Shown here: positions 21,877 to 32,928 of the stretch, piece after piece | How the letters are laid out: each line of letters opens with the position of its first letter | How positions within the stretch are numbered: position 1 is the stretch's first letter | The notes under the pieces: generated by a model | Seen by the model: the letters and a program-made list of their open reading frames with translations, nothing else | The model's database searches: none | Told to the model about the DNA's origin: nothing | Assembly (NCBI GenBank): GCA_965645245.1 | Contig: OZ287073.1 | Span: 2,356,001-2,420,000 of the forward strand | Reading direction: 5' to 3' | DNA: 64,000 nucleotides | DNA from: Massalongia carnosa | Taxonomy: Eukaryota | Translations under genes and position numbers: made by a program

Positions 21877-22016
21877 CGTCTATCGCCTCAAAGGAGCTGC
21901 CCGATTCTCGCTCGGGGCGAAAAAGAAGGCGACCAGCTTACCTGGATGAGTGATGGCGGACAGCAAAGCCGCGCGGCGCGGATTTGCTCCTCCGGTGAGC
22001 GATGAATCGAACGGGT

Positions 22017-23467
22017 TTAATCAACAAACATACCGCCTGAGGGTTCCAGCGTACTTGCTGGAAGGGTGGGGCTTTCAGGTGCTTCACTGGTTTCGTTTGT
22101 AGGCGCGAGTCCAAGTTCAACATCGTTTTCATGATCGTCAAGGGGTACCGTTTCACTTATGTAATGTCGATTGTACTTCATCGAGCTCTCACCCAAGCGA
22201 GCGAGGCCTTCCATATAAAGGTTAACTGTCGGATTCATCGAATATCGATCCCCATTGACCTCAACGAGCGACTTAGAGGCCAGTTGCAAAGCCATACTCC
22301 ATATATCCTCGGCGGCGGATTTTGAAGAATTAGCCCTTCCGAACGTAAATTCGACCGCGGCTTTAACTTCCAGTAAATAAGGCCCGTTCATTGCCCAGTC
22401 TTCCAGTAACTTATCGCTATTCTTCGAAAAATAAGATCGTTCTCGCTGAAATGTCTTAAGGTTATTGTTTAATAATTCCAAAAGCCGATCGGTTTCAAAA
22501 TTTGAATCCTCGTTGCCTCGTAGATTGACTAAACTGTTAGCCAAAATAGCATCTTGCAGCTCCAGGGTCGCAGCCGGTGAATCGGTCATGTGAAGAACCC
22601 GTAGCAACGCCTGCGCGTAATTGGGAGTTCCAGCCGACTCTGCTTGAAACATCATCGTCACCTGACGCAGGGCCCGTCGAAGCAGTCCAATATCCGCATG
22701 TTTGATGGCATATCGAAGAGTCAAATACAGTTCCACATGGGCGCAAAAATTCTGATGATTACGAAATTCTTGATCGAGCGCTGGCGCTGAGAATAAGTGG
22801 ACTCGTCTCGGTGAACATCGCAACAGGTGCGCTGAATGAGATCTAGCCATCGTGGCGCCTTACTCGTGATAACCGCCGCGGCGCCCTTGAAGCTATTTAA
22901 GGTGCCCAGCTCGTCGGTCTCCGAAGGCGGGTGAAAAACCCCAAAGGCGGCCGTAGCAATCAGTGCGTTGAGCTCCGCTCGAAGGGCCTGCACGACCCAA
23001 GTCCAACCCTGTTCATGAAGAATGACTGCTGCTCGATCCTTCCCAATAAGCTCATCTAGTCCTTCGTCTTTCATCATTTCAACATAGGCGAAATCCATAA
23101 ATTGAGCCTGTCCAGCCCGCATGCGGTGACGCCCTCGATATTTTAGCAATGTAGAGAGAAAATCCTTGATTGTCCATTTCAGGTTCCGAATATGCTCCAT
23201 CAACTCAAGAAGTTTACCCCAATCATCCAAACGACGTCGTGATCGTCCTCGTCGTTTTCGGCGTTCCTTAGATCGCCTTGAGGACGACGAACGGAGGAAG
23301 GAATCAGAATAATCATGACCGCTGGAAGTTGATTGAGGGCGCCTTAAAGGAGTTTGGCTTTCTGGCAGTGAAGGGGTTGAAACTCTCGAGGTCAGGGAAC
23401 TTGTCAACAGGTCAGTGGGCGAGGAGGCGCTGGCTTCGGGTGAGGCCAATTTTGGCTTGCTTCTCAT
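22017..23467 (-). pseudogene. DUF6589-like putative transposase, frameshifted or deleted near 22790
   Basis: YAIKHADIGLL...NYAQALL...NSLVNLRG...ETDRLLELLNNNLK resembles DUF6589-type proteins. The upstream part lies in a different frame (22721-23467). Confidence 0.6.
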
Positions 23468-24479
23468 GAGCCCTCTTATCAGAGATGATCTCGTTGCTCG
23501 TTTGTAATAGACGCCAAGAGCATCATCATCACCCCTCGGTCTAGCACATAAACGAAACCAGAAGCTTGTCTCCCCGTCCTGTTTTCAGATCATCGAGGTT
23601 GGAACGATGATGATGACAAGACTTGAGCCTCTGCCTTAACTCTTCTGCATTTAAATTATTGACTTGAAGACCGAAATGACCGCCTATAGCTAGAAGATGA
23701 CGATAGCAGACGTGAGTTAACTCCTCTCCGTGGATAACTGCAGACATTATTTTTCTAATAGTGCCTAGATACTCTGCGTCACCTTTCATTCCTGCCACTG
23801 AGGCAGTCTTTTACAATCCGGCCTTCCTTTGAAGAATTAAGTGTGAAGGATTTAGCTTCAAGATAGACTACAAAGCCGAGGTCCAGCTCCCGGCTGGCGA
23901 TCCAGAAGACCCGACAGATTTTTCAGGTTCTAGCAAACGCGGCAAAGCTGCAAAAACCTCCAAGGACATCAAGACCCCGAAGGCCGCCAAAATCAAAAGC
24001 GCCAAATCCAACCTTGGACCGGTAGAGGCGGCCAATAAATCAGCGAAAAAGGCAGCCAAGGGAAGAAAAAGGTAGAGACCACATGTCATGTGGCAAATCC
24101 GCGCAGCACGGCTTTACCGTGGATAATCTAGCTATAGAGATGCACTAGCTAATTATGAATCAATGACCGACTGCAATCGACTTTCTCTTACTGTTTTCGT
24201 GACCCAAATCGATGTCCATTGTAGACTGGGACCCGGGCTTTTTGTCCAGCTTGCATCGAGTTTAAAAAGCATGATCGCCATCCCTTGATGTCGTTCTTTA
24301 GTGCACATATTCGACCGCGCGGTTCCAAAACATAAAAATAACACATATAAAAAACGGCGGTATGGTATAACATGATTGAGCTGATATTTTACGCTCAATC
24401 GGGGAAGGCCGCTCGATAATTAAGTATTATTTCATTTAGTAAGCAAACCTGCCCGTATTATTGAGTTTTGTCCTCAGAC

Positions 24480-25161
24480 TTGCCTCAGTACCTTAGACGT
24501 GCCCGGCTAAGCCCCTTCGGGTTAGTCTTACAGAACGTTAAGCCCCTTCGGGTTAACAGGCTGACTACGCAGCACATCTGTAGCAAGTCTGAGCCCAAAA
24601 CTCAAGATTACGGTCAGATATGGCTTAACGATCATGACAAGAACGATTTCGACCTTATAGTAAAACGTCACAACTTCATTGTTTTCATGTTTGTAACGTC
24701 GTCGTCGCTTGATATGATCATGATCAATGTATTTTTGAATTTTTCGTTATAAATTTCAATATTTATTTATGTTTATAACGTGCAGAGCAATTTTACATAC
24801 ATCTTGTTATTTTCGTTAAGTCGATTCTCGATTTCTATGCGAAGTGCAATCAGATTGCCCCACATGAACTTTACAACGAACAGGAATTTCAGAAAACTTT
24901 CTATACAAATTCTACTTGAATTCTTTCGAAGAAATAGCCCGTGTCAAACGAAAAAGCAAGACGTCAAAATGTCGAAAATTTGCAATAATACACGATTTAT
25001 TACGAATATCTGACCGTAATATTTAGTTTTGCGCTCAGACGTGCTATCGCAGCCACGTTAGTCAGCTGGGACGCTAATCCGAAGGAGCTTAGCGAAATAG
25101 GCTAACCCGAAGGGGCTTAGACGGCTCCTAGAGCCCACGCACGTCTGAGGTACTGAGGCAA
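24480..25161. mobile_element. Non-autonomous relative of the 20937-25303 element, nested in its right subterminal region
   Basis: Same TTGCCTCAGTAC termini, about 150-bp imperfect TIRs, 8-bp TSD CCTCAGAC (24472-24479 and 25162-25169). Confidence 0.85.
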
Positions 25162-25706
25162 CCTCAGACGTGTAAGAACAGCGAACTTAGTAAGCAATGC
25201 CTAACTTTAAAGGGTTAGGCACATATGCTAAATAAGTTAGCGCCGAGCTAACCGAAAGAGGTTAGTGCATGTGAAGGCTGTGCCACAACACGTACTGAGG
25301 CAAGCGACCGAGGTTCTTTTGCCTCCTGCTTACTAATTTCCAGATTAGGCATTATAACTATGCAAAAAGCTTCAGATATCGGCACGACTTCGGCAACTAC
25401 GAGGAGGCAAGGTATGCAGCAAAAATGCTACATTTCGGAGGCAATTCAGCTGTTCATGATCACTGAGTGTCTCGGTGTCTCCGGTCAGCAATACGCACCA
25501 GCTTGCTGGGGGCTAGTGAAGTTGTCACCGTGACGGACGGCACCAGGCGGGTAAGCGGGATAGGGCCGGACGCTAGCAGGGAGGTGAAAACTCTTCACCT
25601 CCTCCATCCCCATCTCTTCTCTCAACACTCATCAAAATCGTGTTTCGATGTTTCTACACACACACTCACACACACGCAAACATATTATTCATATTCTATT
25701 CACATC

Positions 25707-26822
25707 ATGAATACACGCAGTCAAAGCGGGCGAGAGAATCGCCAGACGATTCCTCCCCGTGGTACGACCAGCAGTCGGGGTCGAGGCAGAGGCACACGCG
25801 GCCGGGGAGGCCGAGTCACACCTCAATCAGACTCTAGAGAGGCCACAATAGAAAATGAGTCACGCCACTCCTCCCCCGAGGCAATCCCGCCTCCAGACCG
25901 TCGCGCGGCCCTCAGGGCGGAAGCCGAAAGGCTACGAGCCGAAGCAAAAGCCAGAGAAATCGAGCAAGAGGAGGCAGAGCTCGAACGCGAGATACAACGT
26001 CTCAGAGACGAAGCGGTGCCGTCACGCACAGAATCCGCACCACCCACAAATTCTTTAATACTACCAGCGAGACCGAGCGCGTTCGCGACATTTCATGCTG
26101 AGGGTGCGTCTCCTGTGTTTCATTCTCTGATAGCTCGATTTCCAATGGTAGACTCGGAGCACTTCAAAAACATCCGTGACAACAAGTTCAAAGTGGAGAA
26201 TATTATGAAGCTGTCGACCGAATACAAGTCGGTTCAGCCCAAAAACAAATATCTAAGAATCGGGTCGACCGAGGTGGAATATCGGGAAGAGGACGCCCTG
26301 GCCTCGGACGCACGAGGAATCACACATATTCTTCGCGCATTTCTCATATACTGTCAAATCGTCATTCACATCGCTCACGCGGGCACACAAATGGAACTAC
26401 AAGCGGCAATGCACGTCTACATCGATCAATTGCTAGGATGGTCTCTTCTATACACATTCGAATCAATTCGTCAATTCCACTTCGGCTTTCATAAAGCCCG
26501 CCTCGTGGAGGGCTTGGACGACCCGCGCGGTTGGCGGACCCCGAACAGAGGTTTAGAAGAACGAAATCTCTGTCGAAAAATCGATTACAACGCTGGCCCC
26601 AGTCTTCGTCGAACACAGAGCACGAATTCGCTCGTTCAACGCACGTCAAGTCAAGACGATCAACGCGGCATAGCAGCGTGCAGACGATACAACAACGGCG
26701 GCGATTGTCCAAGCGACTGCACATTTCGTCACGTTTGCGCGTCATGCGGACGCCAGCATACGCAACGCGATTGTCGCATACGCGTCAATCCATATCCTCC
26801 ACAGCAAAGCAAGCCCAGTTGA
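25707..26822 (+). CDS. gag-like protein of the YR retroelement
   Basis: Open frame from ATG 25707; RG-rich and coiled-coil N-terminus; C-terminal CRRYN..GDC...CTFRHVCASCGRQH...C zinc-finger cluster. Confidence 0.7.
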   Translation: MNTRSQSGRENRQTIPPRGTTSSRGRGRGTRGRGGRVTPQSDSREATIENESRHSSPEAIPPPDRRAALRAEAERLRAEAKAREIEQEEAELEREIQRLRDEAVPSRTESAPPTNSLILPARPSAFATFHAEGASPVFHSLIARFPMVDSEHFKNIRDNKFKVENIMKLSTEYKSVQPKNKYLRIGSTEVEYREEDALASDARGITHILRAFLIYCQIVIHIAHAGTQMELQAAMHVYIDQLLGWSLLYTFESIRQFHFGFHKARLVEGLDDPRGWRTPNRGLEERNLCRKIDYNAGPSLRRTQSTNSLVQRTSSQDDQRGIAACRRYNNGGDCPSDCTFRHVCASCGRQHTQRDCRIRVNPYPPQQSKPS

Positions 26823-28991
26823 CTATCCGTCTCAAGCGCTCTCTCGTTCATTTCCGAGGGTTTTCCATATCGGATAGACACCGACGCGGATGCGGACGAG
26901 GTACGATGCCCACTTAAGTCAGCAGGATGGAAACGACGATTGGAGAAACATCCAGACAGTGTCTATAGAAGGACAATTCTTAACATCATTCGATGTGGGG
27001 CAAGGATTGGCTACACAGGGCCAAAACAGCGTATCATAAGCCCGAACCTAACTTCTGCCAAAGATGCACCCGAGGTGTTGTCCAAAGATCTAGACGAACA
27101 GATTCAACATCGCCGTGTAGTACCCGTACGGGAACCACCGCCTCACTTTATGTCCTCCCCAATGGCAAATGGCAAAGAATTAATCATCTGTCTCATCCAC
27201 GCAAGGGCTCAGTCAATTATCACATTCCCGCTGAATGGGGCGTCCCTAGAGTACAGGTCATTTGACGAAGCACTAGAAGATCTGCTTGACGTCGGACGAG
27301 GAGCATACCTCGTAAAACGCGACCTCGCGGATGCCTTCCGGCACATACCCGTCGCAAGAGCGGACTGGTGGCTACTGGGTTTTCAGTGGAACAATTCTTA
27401 TTGGATGGACATCTTCCTCCCATTTGGTCTTCGTACCTCCCCATTTATCTTCGATCTCTTCGCGAAGGGAATAAACTGGATATTAGTCGTACAGAACTGG
27501 CTAGTCCTACATTATTTAGATGACTTCCTCGCGATTGTCAAGACGAGCGAGGAGGCATCCTGTTACGAGTCCGCGTTCGACACGTTGTGCGACGAGTAGG
27601 GCATGCGTATAAACGCATCAAAGGGAGAGACGGGGCAAATCTGCGATTTTCTCTGGTTAACACTAGACACCCAACGCATGGAAGCCCGCCTACCTCCCGA
27701 CAAATTAAAAAAGGCCATCGAAGGGGTCAACAGCGCATTGACAAAAGACTATATGTCCAAAGATGAACTACGTTCCCTTCTGGGGTTTCTATCATTTGCG
27801 GCCAAAGTGGTCAAACCAGGCAGAGCCTTTTTACGCCGCCTATTTACCGCCCTCGGCGAAGACACGGGTCGGATCCGCATAGCCGGCGACATGCGACTAG
27901 ATCTATTATGGTGGCAATACTTCTTGCCCCGATGGAACGGCGTTCAAATCTTACGATCGCTGAACACTAGAGAGGAAATTCGTCTATGGACAGACGCTTC
28001 GGGAACATGGGGAATGGGCGGGTACTATTCGGTGCACCGAACCCCACACTCCACCGAAGCGGGCACGCTTTCTCCTCATTCAAATACACAAACACTAGAG
28101 ACAACCGAAACACAGCGTGCGTTTGCCGAGGTATCTCTCCCAAGACGAGGTGTTCTCACGAGACCCTCACATTGGATGCCTTCAAAGAAGAAGAACTCAA
28201 TCTCTTTCGAGACGTCTTCAGACAACGAGTTGAGGATACAAGATTTCCGGGTCTCGCAGTCTCAGGGGATAGTCGGGGTGATAGACGACGCGAATTTCAA
28301 CGACTTCCTAGTCACACCTGCCGAGACGTCAGCCATACGGACCTCGTCCGGGGACATCGCAATGCGCACCTTTAAGTCCGGGACAACCGAGATAACCGAA
28401 GAAGGAAATTACAGCGTATTTCTGGAGGTGTCTGCCGAGGTGTCTTCGATGCGGATGGCCGGGATGACAGACGAAGAAAATTCCAAAGAATTTCTCGCTG
28501 CATCTGCTCGAGGTATCAAAGTTTCACCGGACCTCGTCCGGGAACATGCCGCGTCACGCATGGCGCACAGCGAATAGTCAGAACGATCGATGAAGGACAT
28601 TCAAAGGAATCTCTAGTCTCGTCGCCGAAGTATTCTCGATAAGGACCTCGTCCAGAGACATGAAGAAACATATCAATGTCAAAGAAATGATGGCTGTATT
28701 ACACGCACTGCGCAAATGGTTACCTATTTTAAAGGATCCAAACTCGTCATATATGGCGACAATCAAGCGGTCGTAAATGGACTCCGCAACGGCTCCATAC
28801 GCGGCCCGGCCATGAAACCCCTACGGGATATTGCCATGCTACTAGCAATACATGACATCGTCATTGAATCACATTGGATCTCATCAAGAGAGCATACTCT
28901 GGCAGATATGCTTTCCCGCGGTCAATGGAACAAAATTGCTGACAACTATCCTTTACTACAAGACTTGACATTAGCCCACGGGGCACAATAG
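26822..28991 (+). pseudogene. RT-RNase H of the YR retroelement (frameshifts, a stop and a 557-bp insertion)
   Basis: KRDLADAFRHIP, LPFGLRTSP, HYLDDF, LLGFLSFA, WTDASG, HINVKE, YGDNQA, LADMLSR; TAG at 27597-27599. Confidence 0.88.
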
Positions 28992-29008
28992 GTGAACCAC
29001 CGGAACAC

Positions 29009-29971
29009 TTGTTCCAAAACCAAGAACTGTCAAACTCAGCAGCGAGATATCTATGGTGGGGCCTAGCTGTAGGGACTAGAACATCGTACGAGCAGGCACG
29101 ACGAAGCTACACCGAATACTGCGTGATATGGAATCACGTCCCCTTTCCTCCGTCCATTCGCTCATTATGCGACTGGGCAGCTCATTTAGGCGACAAGGGA
29201 ATTAACCCAAAACCCATAAAACAATACTTAAGCGGCATCAGATCTTATCAAGTCGACCGAGGCGCGTCGAAGGCCAAATTAGACATTTTCCATCATCCCC
29301 AACTAGAGAGAATCGTGGCAGGCATACGCCGGCTCCGTCCCGCCACCCAGCCGCGAGAACGTCGTCCTATAACCCGATCCATCCTAAAAGAGATCGTTAG
29401 TACTTTTGATCAAAATTCCTTAAGGGGAGCCACACTGCACGCGGCCTTCTGTTTAGCCTTCGCGGCCTTCTTACGTATCGGAGAATTCACATGGGAAGAA
29501 AACATGTGGGGAGACGACTTTGCCCAATAGCACATAACCAGAGGTTCACTATTACTGAGCGAGGACAGATTACAGCTGACCCTTCCCGCCTCCAAGACGG
29601 ATCCCTTCCGACAAGGGGTCACAGTTACAGTAGCGGCCGTCAACGACGAAGCCTGCCCAGTCCGATCATTGAGAAATCTGATCGAACGTTTTCCAACAGA
29701 TCTCACCCAACCTCTGTTCTATCCAAAAAAGGCTTTCACACGAAACTTTGTCACTAAAGCATTACGAGACGTTCTAAAAGACAAGGGATATCAGGGAACT
29801 TATTCAGGTAACTCCTTTCGGAGAGGAGCCGCCACCTCCGCGAAAAACGCCGGCCTAAACGAGGATGAAACCAAGCTGCTAGGACGCTGGAAATCAGACG
29901 CCTACCGGTTATACATACACACAAACCCCTCAATCATATGGAATGCCTCGAGACGACATCAAAGAGGCTGA
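29009..29971 (+). pseudogene. Tyrosine recombinase of the YR retroelement, one in-frame stop
   Basis: FLRIGEF (R), SKTD (K), SGNSFRRG (HxxR with H>N), LGRWKS...Y; TAG at 29528-29530. Confidence 0.88.
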
Positions 29972-30396
29972 ATACCACATGTCCCGCACCCCCCGTAGCC
30001 TACCCGTTACGGCTCCGTACCCGGCGCGGACGGCGCACGAACGGTGTCATGCCACACCCTAGGGTCAGGACTTTGCCTAAACACTAGAATAGCAATAAAC
30101 ACAAGGTGGCTGCGTTTCACTAGAAGGTGTATTTTGCCCAGCTGATAAGGTTCAAAGGAAGCAGGTTCATGCATTTGATATAGGCCGAGATGGAGGCCCT
30201 CAAGCAGTATAAAGAGACGATGATTCCTCATGTAATTTAGCTATTCAGTCGTTCAGAATTCAGTTCAGCAGATAGCTAAATTTGGAGTATCTTCACTGGA
30301 AATACGGAGTACCTGCATCACGTTTGCCAAGCACTTCTCTTTGCCTATCCTTGATAGCCCTAGACCCTCTTCTCCTGCATCCCGCTGCCGTATGCC

Positions 30397-30860
30397 TTGT
30401 TGATTTTTTGTTCAACAACGAGCATGGCTGGTGAATCCGAGGAGAACCGTGCCCAGCGTGGACAACTGACCAAGCAGCTTGACGTCCTCACTAAAGGCTC
30501 TGATACCTGTAAGCGCTTCATCGGCGTTAGACTCCTTGGTAAGGCAGGCCCCTGCCTATTCCATTTCAATAGTTGCTTATATCCTGAGTAGGTGTAGATG
30601 ATGACGCAACTCAATCCGATTCCGAGTTCAACAATGACTCTGCAAGCGATGAGTCAAATGACTCTGATGAGGCGTCTAGACTTTCATTCGAATCCGTAAG
30701 GCGCCTAACTATTGAAAGACCCGAGTGCGAGATCGTGTTCGAGGAGGAAACTCTTGCTCCTGCCGCACCTCCAGAAGCTCCGGACAATGGGTATAAAAGG
30801 ACCAAAAAGGACAAGAAGAAGTCGAAAATTTCTGTCGCACGGGCTGTCTTTGAAGAGTAA
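30397..30860 (+). pseudogene. C-terminal (GED-like) fragment of a dynamin-family GTPase gene
   Basis: AGESEENRAQRGQLTKQLDVLTKGSDTC resembles the GED helix of fungal dynamin/Mx-like proteins, followed by a likely intron and an acidic tail; no GTPase domain upstream. Confidence 0.5.
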
Positions 30861-30989
30861 GTTCGGCAGCCAACAAGCTTTAGGATTATAAAACGCCTCT
30901 CCCTTCCGTTAGTACTTGTCTCAGGGTCAGGTTCAAATGTATTTGATTTATTCTAGAAACTACATAAAATGGTATGGAACAGATCTAAG

Positions 30990-31505
30990 CTACTCACAGC
31001 CATGATGCCCGGTAAAACCATTGCCGCTGACTTACACATCGGATGAGGACACTAGACCTTGTCGTTGGGTGCAAACTTCCTTAAATGCTTGTCCACCTCG
31101 TCTATCATCTTACTCCGTCGGCTATACTCAAACATCTGCTCCAGATAAGGCTTACGCTCATCACCAAGACAAAAGATGCACTGAGATTTCTTGCATACCA
31201 ATGAAAAAATATCTTTCACAGTGTCCTCGGGGCTGTCTATCATGTCGTCTTCGGGATTCTCTGAAGGTGTGTCTGACTCTTCCTGAGATTTTGGCTTGCG
31301 GCGACGTCGAGTCTCCTGTCGACGACACATAGCTGCCATGGCTTCAACTCTCTTGATCCTTTGTTTAAGCAGTTCTCGATCTGTGAGGCCAGTCACTGGT
31401 TAGCATATACAACCTCGGCCCGCTTAGGAATGTTGTATTCACGAGGCTTCACAGGTTTGTCGCCCACGGGCGATTTCTGGACCGAGTGATTAGAGAACTC
31501 ATCGC
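30990..31505 (-). pseudogene. C-terminal fragment resembling DUF3435-family (Starship captain) tyrosine recombinases
   Basis: YNIPKRAEVV...LLKQRIKRVEAMAAMCRRQE...FSLVCKKSQCIFCLGDERKPY...YSR.SKM..EVDKHL...*CPHPMC; one frameshift and one TAG. Confidence 0.6.
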
Positions 31506-31870
31506 TCATAATAGTATCATGCCTACCCCGTTAAGATCCCTATTAGTAGAGTCTAGTGGGATACTCTCCGATGGACAAGTACGCTTGCTGGGTGAAAGGT
31601 CTTGATTTCCTGTAAAATAATGCTGATCTGCCAAAGCTGGAAGGGCCATGCAAACCTGTTCGAGATGCAACAATGAAAGTAGCAATTGAATATGCGTCGC
31701 AGAGTCCGTTCGCACATTCTGTCAGTCCATGAGGCCAAATCCGAAGCTCGAATTTAGGCTTAAAGGCAGGGTAATTACTCGCTTGCGACAAGTGAACGAT
31801 TCTTATATTCTCTTTTCTACAAGAAAGCATTCTTCATCCTCCACTTTTCCATTCTTCACTTCTCGCTCCC

Positions 31871-32190
31871 ATGAATAATCCTGTTGGATCGACATCTTCC
31901 ATACTAGAGTCATTGTTCGATCACATCGCGTTACCTCCGCGGCTTCCAGGCAAACAAGAAGGCAGGATCGACCGAATTGAGTCCAACCTGACAGAATGCC
32001 TACTGGATGCTAGTCGAACCTTACGAGACCTGACGAACAATGAGTTTGGTGCTCACTGGGAAGGCATTCAGCGTGTATTGCAGACCTGCAAGACCATAAA
32101 CGTCAGTGGCAAACTCAACAAGACTTCTCTTTTGACTGAATTTCGAAATTTTGAGCGCAGAGATCCTCTCATCCTGCATATTGCAAAAAA
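31871..32190 (+). pseudogene. N-terminal fragment of a large DUF6606/DUF3638-type protein
   Basis: LESLFDHIALPPRLPG...LILHI pattern, cut off by transposon sequence at about 32190. Confidence 0.55.
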
Positions 32191-32199
32191 ACGACATTG

Positions 32200-32900
32200 A
32201 GCCCAATGCGTCATTGAGATGGTAAGCACTAAGGGATGCCCTTCCATTCCGAAAGTGGTTTAGCACGATTAGTTCATTGTCTGTCCATCCGTTTTTGCTG
32301 ATAGCTATTTCAGTGTCAATGTCTTCCGGTACTGTGGTATCCGGCAAGTTTTTTGTTAGCGCGGTACATACAAGGTGTGGAAACGCCACGTTTTTAGTCA
32401 ATTTTACATGCATCCACCAATCAAACTCATTCAATATTTAGTATGTTTTCCATCTGCATCTATCACTGCTTGACAACGATCAGACATAGAAGAAACCCAG
32501 CACGTCTAATTGCTCTGCTGTAAGGGCATCCCAAGCTTCTCTTACTGCTTTTCTCAGATTATCGTACGATAGTTTGTCCTGATCACCATATTGCATTTGA
32601 ATCCAGTCTTTCATAATGTTCCAAACGTGCTCGATCGGATTCAAATCGGGTGAAAAGGATGGCCATTCAATGAATGAAATTCGTCGATATTCAAACTCCT
32701 CTCGAGTTAATCGAGCTGCATGACCAGGAGCATTGTCTTGCATAAAATGAAGTCCGGGATTGAGCTTTATCCAGCCTTCAACGATGGGCACAATGTGCTC
32801 ACAATATGACTGTTGATTAATGCTACCCCAGTCCTTTTCTCAAAACAAACAACGTCCCTTTTTGTTGGCCGAAAAACACCCCCAAAACATCCATCCTCCC
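32200..32900 (-). mobile_element. Adjacent fragments of a pogo DDE_1 transposase and a Tc1/mariner DDE_3 transposase
   Basis: ISKNGWTDNEL (pogo); FMQDNAPGH and WPSFSPDLNPIEHVW (Tc1). Confidence 0.8.
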
Positions 32901-32928
32901 TTGCTCGGAAGACGAGGAATCACACAGG

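Larger units (their letters stand above)
20937..25303. mobile_element. Internally deleted TIR DNA transposon with RecQ-like helicase and DUF6589-like putative transposase remnants (AcademH-like)
   Basis: Termini TTGCCTCAGTAC...GTACTGAGGCAA; perfect 8-bp TSD GCGACCGA (20929-20936 and 25304-25311); convergent helicase (+) and transposase-like (-) fragments inside. Confidence 0.78.
25520..30060 (+). mobile_element. DIRS/Ngaro-type tyrosine-recombinase retrotransposon, degenerate (ends approximate)
   Basis: Gene order gag, RT/RNase H, tyrosine recombinase in abutting frames; terminal repeats not resolved. Confidence 0.85.
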
